Origin: a bacterium
GTDB taxonomy: Bacteria; Patescibacteriota; Saccharimonadia; Saccharimonadales; DATKHC01
Assembly: GCA_021781215.1 (NCBI GenBank)
Contig: JAJXXC010000004.1
Location: forward strand, 2,975 to 66,974
DNA: 64,000 bases
Direction of reading: 5' to 3'
The notes under the pieces are model-generated. The model was not told the origin of the DNA. It searched no databases and saw nothing but the letters and a program-made list of their open reading frames with translations. Below are positions 7,430 to 16,619 of the stretch, in pieces. Made by a program: the position numbers and the translations under genes. The stretch's first letter is position 1. Each line of letters begins with the position of its first letter.

Positions 7430-7597
7430 CTACCAAATTTCACCACTAAATTTCGCGACTACAGTGACTTCAATTTCAGAATTGATAGCCACTGCACCAG
7501 TTTTTCTAAATTCTGCTAGCTCATCTTTGGCGTCTTGGTTGTGAAGTTCGGCCGCTATTGCCATGTCACTAGTTAGTACAAACATTTCATTGGTCAT
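7430..7597 (-). CDS. Hypothetical small protein (55 aa)
   Basis: Own translation MTNEMFVLTSDMAIAAELHNQDAKDELAEFRKTGAVAINSEIEVTVVAKFSGEIW. ATG is preceded by AAAGGAGA at 7-nt spacing. Below the ORF-track length cut-off. Confidence 0.5.
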   Translation of the reverse strand: MTNEMFVLTSDMAIAAELHNQDAKDELAEFRKTGAVAINSEIEVTVVAKFSGEIW

Positions 7598-7664
7598 AAT
7601 AATCTCCTTTTTATAAATAATAGCATTATTACATTTTTGTTTAGCATTCTAAACAAAGTCAGGA

Positions 7665-7877
7665 CTATTTTAACTTACCAACTTTCCGATCACCAATACG
7701 AATCTTAAGAATATTATAACTATACATTGCTATAAAAACCGGTATAGAAAACGATAGTATAGCAAATATATCAACGCTAATACTAATACTAGGAAATGAT
7801 GAGAATAGTATCCACGGTACTAACGATAGTAGCGTGGCTAAGATGGTTCTAAATAATGCGTCTTTAAATTGTTTCAT
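7665..7877 (-). CDS. Hypothetical small membrane protein (70 aa, two predicted TM helices)
   Basis: ORF-track protein with two hydrophobic stretches (ILATLLSLVPWILFSSF and IFAILSFSIPVFIAMY). No recognisable family and a weak RBS. Confidence 0.4.
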   Translation of the reverse strand: MKQFKDALFRTILATLLSLVPWILFSSFPSISISVDIFAILSFSIPVFIAMYSYNILKIRIGDRKVGKLK

Positions 7878-7889
7878 TTATTCCGTCTT

Positions 7890-7974
7890 TGGTGCAGGGA
7901 GAGGGATTCGAACCCCCGAAGGCGTAGCCGTCTGATTTACAGTCAGATGTGTTTAACCACTTCACTATCCCTGC
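7890..7974 (-). tRNA. tRNA-Tyr (anticodon GUA), 85 nt with long variable arm, CCA encoded
   Basis: Reverse complement GCAGGGATAGTGAAGTGGTTAAACACATCTGACTGTAAATCAGACGGCTACGCCTTCGGGGGTTCGAATCCCTCTCCCTGCACCA. Anticodon stem-loop is TCTGA-CTGTAAA-TCAGA. Confidence 0.9.
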
Positions 7975-7977
7975 ATA

Positions 7978-8053
7978 TGGAGCCGACGGAGGGATTCGAA
8001 CCCACGACCCGCTGTTTACAAAACAGCCGCTCTAGCCACTGAGCTACGTCGGC
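7978..8053 (-). tRNA. tRNA-Thr (anticodon UGU), 76 nt, CCA encoded
   Basis: Reverse complement GCCGACGTAGCTCAGTGGCTAGAGCGGCTGTTTTGTAAACAGCGGGTCGTGGGTTCGAATCCCTCCGTCGGCTCCA. Anticodon loop is TT-TGT-AA. Confidence 0.9.
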
Positions 8054-8086
8054 ATTATATAATCAAAAGTGTATCAGGTTTTAACC

Positions 8087-8752
8087 TTAAATTACAACTC
8101 TTCTAGGTCTTAAAACCCTCTTGGGCTGATTAATTTTTGCATTCAGCTTCAATCTTTTAATCTTTGCTTCAACTAATCTAGCTTGTTCGTGCATAGATAG
8201 GTCTTCATAAGCTTTTCTAAGTAGACTATAGCTTTCCTCATTTGGCTCTAGTTCTGTTGCTTTCTCAAGTTCTGAAATCATTAGTTTGGTATTGCCAAGC
8301 TTTTCTAAGACTTTGGCATAGGCTATATGTCTTGTGGCCAAATTATCTTCCATTTTCAGGGCTAATTCGAAGGCCTGAAGAGCTTTCTGATAGTTCTCTG
8401 TCTCGTAATAAATTAAACCTAAGTTATGGATGCTGGTGGGCGTTGGTTCAATACTAGATGCTATTTCAAAGCAATCTATAGCGTCTTTATATTCTTTTTG
8501 TTTAGCATACAATATGCCTAAACGATTGTAGGCTGGTGCATTCTTGTTATCTATCTTAAGAATAGTTAGTAAAGCTTTTTCTGCCCTTAACAAACGGTTT
8601 TGTCTCATGCCTTCATGGGCTATATCCCACAATATACCTAAACGATTTGATACTTTTTTAGGTAATATTACAATTTCACTATTTTTTAAATTTGCTCTGA
8701 AGGCTACAAAAACAAGGAGAGCAAACAAAATTACTAAAGATAGCTCTAACAT
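8087..8752 (-). CDS. Membrane-anchored tetratricopeptide (TPR) repeat protein
   Basis: N-terminal TM helix, then about 4 TPR-like units (e.g. APAYNRLGILYAKQKEYKDAIDCFEIASSIEP and SIHNLGLIYYETENYQKALQAFELALKME). Confidence 0.6.
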   Translation of the reverse strand: MLELSLVILFALLVFVAFRANLKNSEIVILPKKVSNRLGILWDIAHEGMRQNRLLRAEKALLTILKIDNKNAPAYNRLGILYAKQKEYKDAIDCFEIASSIEPTPTSIHNLGLIYYETENYQKALQAFELALKMEDNLATRHIAYAKVLEKLGNTKLMISELEKATELEPNEESYSLLRKAYEDLSMHEQARLVEAKIKRLKLNAKINQPKRVLRPRRVVI

Positions 8753-8769
8753 AAGTGAATATAATTATA

Positions 8770-9627
8770 CTACATATTTAAACAAAGGTTCGTAAAAAGA
8801 AGCTTTCTGTTTACTGAGTGTACCGAACCAGTTTCGGTTGTTTCGATAGCTTTTAAGTATGAAATCCAAAATTTTTGTTGATTATTATTCTTAATAATTG
8901 AATTATCCAAACCAATTTTTACCATATTTTTCATTGTAAATAACAAATTATCAAATACATTTTTACTAATACAAAAATCGTTAATCATCAGTAACCGATC
9001 TAGTTTATTTGCTGAAAGAAATTTCTTTATTAAGATAATGTCTTCGGACTTAGATATATCAATTTCGTCGCTTAAATATTTAACATAATAATCTGAGTTG
9101 CCATCAGTTAAATCAAACTTATTTTTTATATCCATATTTTTACTATCAATCGAGTAATACTGAATAAATTCCGCATAGCTAGGCTTAGTAATTTTAATAA
9201 TTGCTGACCTTGAGATAATTGTTGGTTTTAATGCGGCTAAGGATTGGGATAGTAATATAATAACCGTATCGCTTGGTGGTTCCTCGAGTAATTTTAAAAT
9301 TGAGTTTTGAGACTCTTCACTCATTAAATGAGCATCTGTTACTAGCCCTATGCGATTAATTAGATTATTATTAAGACTTTTTAATTTTAGCTGTTTGATT
9401 AAGTCACGGATGCTATCAATTTGCACCGTGTTATTGTCTTTCTCAATCTTATAAAAATTATGAGAATTTTCTAAAATATAATCATCTGGAAGTTTTAATA
9501 ATTTTCTAATGAGCCCATAGGACATCTCAATACCGGCCCCCCTTACAGGTGACTCTATTACAAGAGAATTAGATGGATTAACCAAAAACAGATCAATCTG
9601 TCGTTTAGTATTTTGAGATATTAGCAT
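8770..9627 (-). CDS. holB: DNA polymerase III delta-prime subunit-like clamp-loader protein
   Basis: ILKLLEEPPSDTVIILLS...LKPTIISRS matches the HolB sensor/SRC region. The N-terminal P-loop is degenerate. Confidence 0.6.
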   Translation of the reverse strand: MLISQNTKRQIDLFLVNPSNSLVIESPVRGAGIEMSYGLIRKLLKLPDDYILENSHNFYKIEKDNNTVQIDSIRDLIKQLKLKSLNNNLINRIGLVTDAHLMSEESQNSILKLLEEPPSDTVIILLSQSLAALKPTIISRSAIIKITKPSYAEFIQYYSIDSKNMDIKNKFDLTDGNSDYYVKYLSDEIDISKSEDIILIKKFLSANKLDRLLMINDFCISKNVFDNLLFTMKNMVKIGLDNSIIKNNNQQKFWISYLKAIETTETGSVHSVNRKLLFTNLCLNM

Positions 9628-9630
9628 AGG

Positions 9631-10491
9631 CTAATTATATTTCATTTTTTCGAAAAATTGATCGGGAATTTTCGATTCAAATGTTTTTAGTTCTCCCGAA
9701 ATTAGTCTAATGGTCAGTTTAGATGCATGTAAATATAACCTATCGGCTGGTTCGCCTTCATAGAATGTATCACCAACTATTGGGTGCTTAAGGTATCTCA
9801 AGTGAACCCTTAATTGATGCGTACGACCCGTCTTTGGTTTTAATTCTAATAGACTATATTTTGAATTATCAGATACTACACTATATTTAGTAATAGAATT
9901 TTTACCGCGACTATCGACTTTAAATCTAGATTTATTTTTTTGATCACGCATAATTGGTAAATCAATAATCGCCGATGGCACCGTAAAGTTGCCGGACACA
10001 ACTGCAAAGTAGACTTTTGTTACCTTCCTTTGGCTAAACTGTGACTGCAGCCATCGATATGAATCCCTGGTTTTAGCGCAAATCATTACTCCACTTGTAG
10101 CTCTGTCTAATCTATGGACAATTCCAGCCCGATTATAATCATAATCAATCAATTTGTCCTTAATTGAAGACTCAACAGTTTGTTCGAGGTTCTGCGCACC
10201 CTTACTATGACTCAATATACCTGCAGGTTTATCAATAACAATGACGCAATCATCCTCATATATCATGGGTATATTTACTATAGATTCCGGAGCTTTAGAT
10301 TCATTATAGCTAAGATCAATTTCGTCGTTTAATTTGATCTTATAGCTTGGTTTTACCACTACAGAGTTAACTAATATTTGCCCCTTAGCAAAAAGCTTAC
10401 CTATTTCAGACCTTGATAAATCCGAGACTATATTAGACAAAAATTTATCAATCCGTATATCTTCATGTTCTGAAACAATGTGCTTGCTCAT
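9631..10491 (-). CDS. rluD: RluA-family 23S rRNA pseudouridine synthase (RluD-like) with S4 domain
   Basis: N-terminal S4-like RIDKFLS..., catalytic HRLDRATSGVMICAKT and GRTHQLRVHL motifs. Confidence 0.85.
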   Translation of the reverse strand: MSKHIVSEHEDIRIDKFLSNIVSDLSRSEIGKLFAKGQILVNSVVVKPSYKIKLNDEIDLSYNESKAPESIVNIPMIYEDDCVIVIDKPAGILSHSKGAQNLEQTVESSIKDKLIDYDYNRAGIVHRLDRATSGVMICAKTRDSYRWLQSQFSQRKVTKVYFAVVSGNFTVPSAIIDLPIMRDQKNKSRFKVDSRGKNSITKYSVVSDNSKYSLLELKPKTGRTHQLRVHLRYLKHPIVGDTFYEGEPADRLYLHASKLTIRLISGELKTFESKIPDQFFEKMKYN

Positions 10492-10526
10492 AAATAAAAA
10501 TTAAAGATTCAAAAAACCGAGATATA

Positions 10527-10925
10527 CTAACGCTTAGTAAACTGTCTTTGCTTTCGAGCGCCTTTAAGACCAAATTTCTTACGTTCTTTGGCTCTTGGGT
10601 CACGTCCAAGTAAATCAGCTTTCTTAAGAGTAGCTCTTAGCTCTGGATCAAAAACAACTAAAGATTTTGCTATGGCTAATCTTATAGCATCGACCTGAGA
10701 ATTGCTTCCACCGCCTTTTACAACAACTGTAACGTCAAATTTACCCGGCATATCAATGGTTTCAAAAGGTTTAGCAAGCTTAGTAATTAAATACTTACTC
10801 TCTGAGAAATATTCATTTGATGGCTTGTCGTTAATAGTAATCAAGCCCTTGCCCTTAATCAGTCTTGCTGTAGCTGTAGAACTTTTTCGTCTGCCTAATG
10901 CATAATAGTAATTTTTTACTGCCAT
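10527..10925 (-). CDS. rpsI: 30S ribosomal protein S9
   Basis: GGGSNSQVDAIRLAIAKSL and C-terminal RDPRAKERKKFGLKGARKQRQFTKR. Confidence 0.95.
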   Translation of the reverse strand: MAVKNYYYALGRRKSSTATARLIKGKGLITINDKPSNEYFSESKYLITKLAKPFETIDMPGKFDVTVVVKGGGSNSQVDAIRLAIAKSLVVFDPELRATLKKADLLGRDPRAKERKKFGLKGARKQRQFTKR

Positions 10926-10926
10926 A

Positions 10927-11361
10927 TTATTTAACCACCTTTATTATAACTGGTTTTTGAGCTTCGTGTTTATGGTCACCATCACTATAAATCTTAAGAC
11001 GTTCTAGCCTAGCATCGCGTAATTTGTTAACTGGCAACATACCACGAACAGATTTTCTAATAACAGAAGTGGAGTCTATAATCATTTTATCTTTTAATTT
11101 GGTAGTAGTTAATCCACCCGGGAAGCCACTGTGTTTGTAATAAAGTTTATCTTCAAGCTTGTTCCCGGTTACGACTAATTTATCGGCATTAATTACAATA
11201 ACGTAGTCACCAACATCGATATGCTTTGTGAAGGTAGGTTTATTCTTACCAAGTAGTAATACAGCAACAAATGTTGAAACTCGACCTAATGTGGCGTCGC
11301 TTGCGTCTACAACATACCATTTTCTATCGACATCTGTGGGTTTTGCAGAAAAAGTTTTCAT
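10927..11361 (-). CDS. rplM: 50S ribosomal protein L13
   Basis: KWYVVDASDATLGRVSTFVA; precedes rpsI. Confidence 0.95.
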   Translation of the reverse strand: MKTFSAKPTDVDRKWYVVDASDATLGRVSTFVAVLLLGKNKPTFTKHIDVGDYVIVINADKLVVTGNKLEDKLYYKHSGFPGGLTTTKLKDKMIIDSTSVIRKSVRGMLPVNKLRDARLERLKIYSDGDHKHEAQKPVIIKVVK

Positions 11362-11789
11362 TTAGTAGCCTCTACTTTCTTGGTAGTTTTCTTTACTGGT
11401 TCAGTTTCTTCAACTTTAGGCTTAGCTGCAAGTGAATCTACAAATTCAACCCTTCCCATTTGAGCGTTATCACCACGCCTAAGTGTTGTCCTCTTAATTC
11501 GTAAATAACCACTGTTTCTTGCGGATAGCTTAGGAGTAATCTCATCTATTAGTTTATGCGCTGATTCCACTGTTTGAAGATTACGAATAATTAATCTACG
11601 ATCGTGTAGAGAATTTCGTTTTGCCTTAGTAATCATTTTCTCAACATAAGGGATTACTTCTTTGCCTTTATGAAAAGTTGTCTCAATCGACTCATACTTA
11701 ATTAGAGATTCAGCCAAAGCCTTCATAAGGGCTCTTCTCTGATCCTTTTGTCTATTAAATTTTCTACCTTGATAACCGTGCCTATGCAT
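11358..11789 (-). CDS. rplQ: 50S ribosomal protein L17
   Basis: MHRHGYQGRKFNR start; follows rpoA. Its stop overlaps the rplM start. Confidence 0.95.
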   Translation of the reverse strand: MHRHGYQGRKFNRQKDQRRALMKALAESLIKYESIETTFHKGKEVIPYVEKMITKAKRNSLHDRRLIIRNLQTVESAHKLIDEITPKLSARNSGYLRIKRTTLRRGDNAQMGRVEFVDSLAAKPKVEETEPVKKTTKKVEATK

Positions 11790-11792
11790 AAT

Positions 11793-12734
11793 TTAGATTT
11801 CCAGTTCTGCCAATTTTTCCTTTACCTCATCTAAGGCGCGATTGCCAAATCCTTTTAACTCTCTTAGCTCAATATCGCTAAGACTAAATAGATCTTTAAG
11901 GGTATAGATTTCATTATTAACTAGTGCGTTAGTAGTTCTTGCTGATAAATTTAAGTCCTCAATCGGAGTATTAATGGTCGAATTGTCACTATTTTCAGCT
12001 TCATCCTCATCAGGATCTATAGTCTCTTTGACCTCTACGCTGACTCGAGTTTGACCCGCAAGTGCAGTATATTGGTTGATTAGAATTGCAGCTGCTTCTT
12101 CAAAAGCATCTTTTGGTGTAATCGAGCCATCAGTATCAATGGTGATCAAAAGCTTGTCCAGGTCGGTAATTTGTCCGACACGTGTATTTTCAACCTTATA
12201 TCTTACTCGTAAAACGGGTGTAAAGATTGAATCAATTGAAATCATATCAGTACTTGGTCTGCTAGAATTACCTTCTTCAATTGCTTTATAGCCACGACCT
12301 AGTTCAACTACTAAGTCAACATTGAAAATAGTCTTACTGTCATCGCTATTGGCAATTACAAAATCAGGATTAACTATTTCGACATTAGAATTTACAGCAA
12401 TATGCTTAGCAAGAATTTGACCCTTACCACTAAAATGTAGTGTCAGTGGTTGAGCCACATCTTCGAATAAACGAAAACGTACGCCTTTTAAATTGGTCAT
12501 TATAGTAACGAGGTCTTCTTTTACTCCTGGAACAGTTGTAAATTCGTGAGATGCGCCTTCAATTCTAAATGATGTAATTGCAGCCCCGGCTATACTTGAA
12601 AGCAATACTCTTCTAAACGAGTTTCCTAAAGTCATACCGTAACCTGTGTGCAATGGTTCAATTGTAAAAGTAGCACTGTTATCGCTATGCTCGTCTACTT
12701 TGACAATACTTGGTGTATGAATTATTTTTGACAT
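11793..12734 (-). CDS. rpoA: DNA-directed RNA polymerase subunit alpha
   Basis: GNSFRRVLLSSIAGAA in the N-terminal domain and C-terminal domain LNLSARTTNALVNNEIYTLKDL. Confidence 0.95.
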   Translation of the reverse strand: MSKIIHTPSIVKVDEHSDNSATFTIEPLHTGYGMTLGNSFRRVLLSSIAGAAITSFRIEGASHEFTTVPGVKEDLVTIMTNLKGVRFRLFEDVAQPLTLHFSGKGQILAKHIAVNSNVEIVNPDFVIANSDDSKTIFNVDLVVELGRGYKAIEEGNSSRPSTDMISIDSIFTPVLRVRYKVENTRVGQITDLDKLLITIDTDGSITPKDAFEEAAAILINQYTALAGQTRVSVEVKETIDPDEDEAENSDNSTINTPIEDLNLSARTTNALVNNEIYTLKDLFSLSDIELRELKGFGNRALDEVKEKLAELEI

Positions 12735-12743
12735 TTAATCTCC

Positions 12744-13361
12744 TTAACGTGAGTAATATTCCACGATTAGTTGTTCATTAATATCTGGTTCTGCATCTTC
12801 ACGGGATGGCAGCCCAGTAATTGATATTTTAAATTTCTTACGATCTACTTTCAGCCAAGCTGAAGTGTCGTTTGATGGTGGGCTAAGTGCGTCAATATTT
12901 TTGAAATAATTGTTATCTTTACTGGATTGTCTGATAATAATTTCATCGCCAGGTACAACTCGTATTGAAGGGATATCGACTCTTCTGCCGTTTAGCATAA
13001 AGTGACCATGGGTTACTAGCTGTCTTGAAGATCTTCTACTATTAGCAAAACCGCTCTTATAAACAACATTGTCTAATCGTTGCTCTAGTGAACGAAGTAA
13101 TAATTCACCAGTTGGTCCTTGTTTTTTCTGTGACTCGGCAACAAGATTAGAAAATTGTTTCTCCAAAAGACCATATATTCTTTTAACTTTTTGTTTTTCT
13201 CTTAGTTGAATAGCATATTGGCTTGAAACAGATGGACGACCAGCCTTCTTTTGACCACCTGGGGGAGTTGGTCTTCTGGCTAATATTTTATGAGCCTTTG
13301 GATGTAGAGCATAGCCCTCTCTTCGGCTTAATTTAGCTATAGATGTATTTAATCGTGCCAT
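12744..13361 (-). CDS. rpsD: 30S ribosomal protein S4
   Basis: SQYAIQLREKQKVKRIYG and a C-terminal S4 domain. Confidence 0.95.
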   Translation of the reverse strand: MARLNTSIAKLSRREGYALHPKAHKILARRPTPPGGQKKAGRPSVSSQYAIQLREKQKVKRIYGLLEKQFSNLVAESQKKQGPTGELLLRSLEQRLDNVVYKSGFANSRRSSRQLVTHGHFMLNGRRVDIPSIRVVPGDEIIIRQSSKDNNYFKNIDALSPPSNDTSAWLKVDRKKFKISITGLPSREDAEPDINEQLIVEYYSR

Positions 13362-13363
13362 TT

Positions 13364-13768
13364 TTAAATTCTCCTAGCCTTTCGTGGACGACATCCACCA
13401 TGTGGTAATCCAGTAACATCAGAAATTGAATTTACATAAATATCACTGGTTTGTAATGATCTAACTGCTGCTTCACGGCCTAGCCCCAAACCTTTAACAA
13501 AAACATCTACTTTACTAAGTGAATAATTTTGCTTCACTAGGGCTGCTGCTTTTTCCATAGCTATTTGGGCAGCAAATGCTGTACTTTTTTTAGAACCACG
13601 GAAGCCACAGGCTCCAGCACTTGATGAAGCTAATACGCCTCCGCTAGGGTCGGTAAAAGTAATAATTGTGTTATTAAAAGTTGACTTAACATGAACCTGG
13701 CCTTGCGGTACAGTTCGCTTATTCTTCTTCTTTTTAATAACCGGTTTAGTGATTTCTGATTCTGCCAT
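13364..13768 (-). CDS. rpsK: 30S ribosomal protein S11
   Basis: GFRGSKKSTAFAAQ and GLPHGGCRPRKARR. Confidence 0.95.
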   Translation of the reverse strand: MAESEITKPVIKKKKNKRTVPQGQVHVKSTFNNTIITFTDPSGGVLASSSAGACGFRGSKKSTAFAAQIAMEKAAALVKQNYSLSKVDVFVKGLGLGREAAVRSLQTSDIYVNSISDVTGLPHGGCRPRKARRI

Positions 13769-13770
13769 AA

Positions 13771-14157
13771 TTAAGTCTTTGATACCGCTTTCTTAGCAGT
13801 GCCACCTACTGCAATTCTTTTTCCTCGTCTGGTTCTAGCATTTGTTCGAGTTCTCTGTCCGCGGCTAGGTAAACCTAGCTTATGACGAATGCCTCGATAG
13901 CTATTAATATCTCGAAGTCTCTTAATATTACCGGTAACAATTCTTTGTAGCTCACCCTCTACCATATAGTGATCATTGATATAGTCTTGAATCTTAGAAA
14001 TTTCACTATCAGTAAGATTATTAACTCTTATGGTTGGATCAATTTTAGTATCATCCAAAATAGTCTGTGAAAACTTTGGACCAATTCCATAAATATAAGT
14101 GAGAGCAATTTGAACTTGCTTACCGTCGGGAATAGTTACACCTGAAATTCTAGCCAT
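13771..14157 (-). CDS. rpsM: 30S ribosomal protein S13
   Basis: [10 protein letters not shown]...ALTYIYGIG. Confidence 0.95.
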   Translation of the reverse strand: MARISGVTIPDGKQVQIALTYIYGIGPKFSQTILDDTKIDPTIRVNNLTDSEISKIQDYINDHYMVEGELQRIVTGNIKRLRDINSYRGIRHKLGLPSRGQRTRTNARTRRGKRIAVGGTAKKAVSKT

Positions 14158-14273
14158 TATCCCTGCCTCTGCTTATGACGTGGTTTAAGTTTATTAATAA
14201 CATAGAGGCGTCCTTTACGACGTACTATCTTATCATCTGGACTAATTTTTTTAACGCTTGCACGCACTTTCAT
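14157..14273 (-). CDS. rpmJ: 50S ribosomal protein L36 (38 aa, cysteine-less C-minus form)
   Basis: Own translation [38 protein letters not shown]. Its TAA stop shares one nt with the rpsM ATG. Too short for the ORF track. Confidence 0.9.
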   Translation of the reverse strand: MKVRASVKKISPDDKIVRRKGRLYVINKLKPRHKQRQG

Positions 14274-14322
14274 GCGGATCATCCTCTCTGTATGCGAAAT
14301 GACACACTGCTTATTTAAATTG

Positions 14323-14541
14323 TTATTTACGGTACGTTATCCGACCCTTACTAAGATCATAAGGCGTCAACTCAACAGTAACGCTATCTCCAGGTACGAG
14401 GCGTATATAGTGTTTACGCATCTTACCGGCGATGTGGGCTATAATTATATGGCCGTTTTCGAGTTCAACCTTAAATTGTGTACTAGGCAATGCTTCGATG
14501 ATTGTCCCAGATAACTCGATAACTTCTTTTTTTTGTGCCAT
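14323..14541 (-). CDS. infA: Translation initiation factor IF-1
   Basis: [41 protein letters not shown]. Confidence 0.95.
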   Translation of the reverse strand: MAQKKEVIELSGTIIEALPSTQFKVELENGHIIIAHIAGKMRKHYIRLVPGDSVTVELTPYDLSKGRITYRK

Positions 14542-14594
14542 AAATTATAACAGACTATTATTATATCAGAATGAATCGATATAAGTCAAAACTT

Positions 14595-16103
14595 TTAGTC
14601 GGACTTTCTCTTGGTTATTTTTTCTTTAATTCTTGAGGTAAATCTAAGACGGCTAGCTCCGGTTGCGGCTAGGGCTGGTTCGCTAGAATCGTAAAAGAAA
14701 TCAGGTTGCTCATACTGGTCATAGGTTAGCATTAATGCTCTTGATTCAATAGCTCTTAGGGTTTCCAGAGATACTGCGACCAAGATTAGTAGGCTGGTAC
14801 CGCTAAGTGAAATATTAGCATTAATGAATTTCTGTAATATAATCGGTGAAATCGCTAAAATAGCCAAGCTAAACCCACCAAAAACGGTTAATCGATTAAC
14901 TTTCTTGCTTAAAAATTTCTCGGTCTGATTTCCTACCCTGACGCCTTCGATAAATCCGCCCTGTTTTTGCAAATTTTCAGCAATATCTTTAGCATTAAAT
15001 GTTATTCCGGTATAAAAGAAAGTAAAAGCGAATACTAATACAAAATAAGTTAGTGGATATACATAGGGCGCGAAGCCACCAGCTGCAAACGTAGCGTGGG
15101 TTGGACCCTGAAAGTATTTAGTCAAAAATGCCCCGATATGCTGTAAATGAATTCCATGCGCAGTAGTTAATAGCTGGCCAACAAAACTGGGAACACTTAA
15201 AAATGCCACGGCAAAAATAATTGGAATAACACCGGCGGCGATTAACTTTATAGGTAAAGTAGTAGTTACTCCTCCGTACGCTCTATTACCCTGCACTCGT
15301 TTAGCATAATTTATAGTTACTTTCTCTGACGCCTCATTTAACTTAACAATAATCAGAGTAACTACGACAGCAATAAATATAATTAATGCGTAATACAGGG
15401 CTGCTTGTCTATTAATAAAAGTCTTTTGACCAAAGATAATAACCTTACTGGTATTAGTATTAATTGCATTAACAATTGATGAAATTGATTGTGGCAATCT
15501 ACTAACAATACCAACGGTAATTAGTAATGAAATTCCATTACCAATTCCCTGTTCAGTAATGATTTCTCCGACCCACATCAAAAGCATAGATCCACCAGTT
15601 AAAGCCGCCACCATAATAATCCAAGTACTAATGGAAGCGCCGGCTATAATACTATTCATTCCAATCTGCTCAGCCGATTGATTTACAAGATAGATTGCTC
15701 CAATTGATTGGATGATAGCTAGTGGGAAAGTTAATAGCCTAGTATATTGATTAATTTTCTTTCTACCAGAATCACCTTCTTTATTTAAGGCTTCTAGTTT
15801 AGGTATGGCCTTAGTTAATAATTGCAGAATAATTGAAGCATTAATATATGGCCCTAGACCGACTAACATAATCGAGAAATTAGATAGTGCGCCGCCGGAC
15901 AAAACATTCAAATAACTCAATAGCTGTGGGGTCTTTGAAGAACTGAATAGGGTATCAATTAATTGTTTTAGAGTAGCTGCATTATTTAATGGGATAGGGA
16001 CATAGGTTAGCAGTCGGAAAATAATCAATATTGAGAGAACTATAATAATTCTCTTCTTCATCTTCGAGTTCGATAAAGATTTCCAGATTATTTTCCAATT
16101 CAT
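14595..16103 (-). CDS. secY: Preprotein translocase subunit SecY (502 aa, extended C-terminus)
   Basis: 10-TM profile, GNGISLLI motif, position after rplO. Confidence 0.95.
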   Translation of the reverse strand: MNWKIIWKSLSNSKMKKRIIIVLSILIIFRLLTYVPIPLNNAATLKQLIDTLFSSSKTPQLLSYLNVLSGGALSNFSIMLVGLGPYINASIILQLLTKAIPKLEALNKEGDSGRKKINQYTRLLTFPLAIIQSIGAIYLVNQSAEQIGMNSIIAGASISTWIIMVAALTGGSMLLMWVGEIITEQGIGNGISLLITVGIVSRLPQSISSIVNAINTNTSKVIIFGQKTFINRQAALYYALIIFIAVVVTLIIVKLNEASEKVTINYAKRVQGNRAYGGVTTTLPIKLIAAGVIPIIFAVAFLSVPSFVGQLLTTAHGIHLQHIGAFLTKYFQGPTHATFAAGGFAPYVYPLTYFVLVFAFTFFYTGITFNAKDIAENLQKQGGFIEGVRVGNQTEKFLSKKVNRLTVFGGFSLAILAISPIILQKFINANISLSGTSLLILVAVSLETLRAIESRALMLTYDQYEQPDFFYDSSEPALAATGASRLRFTSRIKEKITKRKSD

Positions 16104-16154
16104 TTGCTTTACCCTCGGACTATTTTAAATAATAAATTAAAACAAATTTATTAA

Positions 16155-16619
16155 CTAGTTCTTTATCTTTTTAAGTCTCTCTTGTTGAGCAACCAACTTA
16201 ACTGTACCGCCGGCCTTCTCAACCATTTCTATAGCCTTCTTGCTAGATAACTGTAATTCAACTGTGAATGGCTTGTCGATTTTTCCCTTAACTATTAGTT
16301 TGACTCTGCTATGAGCTGATTCAATCAAACCGCTTTCAAACATAGTCTTATTATTGATGACCTTTGATTTTACTCCAGCTAACTGTCCGGTATATACGGT
16401 ATCTGGTCTAACCTTATGGGATTTAAAACCAGGTAGTTTTGGCATGCGTTGCATTAATGGATTAGATCCACCTTCAAAACCAGGTTTTCGAGAGCTACCA
16501 GTTCTTGAATTTTGACCTTTGGTACCACGGCCAGCAGTTTTACCTTGACCAGCGGCTATACCTCGACCAACTCGATTTGTTTTCTTATTGGCTACTGCAG
16601 TTAGTTCGTGATACTTCAT
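16155..16619 (-). CDS. rplO: 50S ribosomal protein L15
   Basis: GRGIAAGQGKTAGRGTKGQNSRTG. Confidence 0.95.
   Translation of the reverse strand: MKYHELTAVANKKTNRVGRGIAAGQGKTAGRGTKGQNSRTGSSRKPGFEGGSNPLMQRMPKLPGFKSHKVRPDTVYTGQLAGVKSKVINNKTMFESGLIESAHSRVKLIVKGKIDKPFTVELQLSSKKAIEMVEKAGGTVKLVAQQERLKKIKN

Noticed and set aside
7636-7657. Perfect 9-bp hairpin TTTGTTTAG/CTAAACAAA, considered as terminator of the 70-aa ORF.
   Set aside because: On the minus strand no U-tract follows the stem (the downstream sequence is A-rich), so it does not fit a canonical intrinsic terminator. Noted only as a hairpin.
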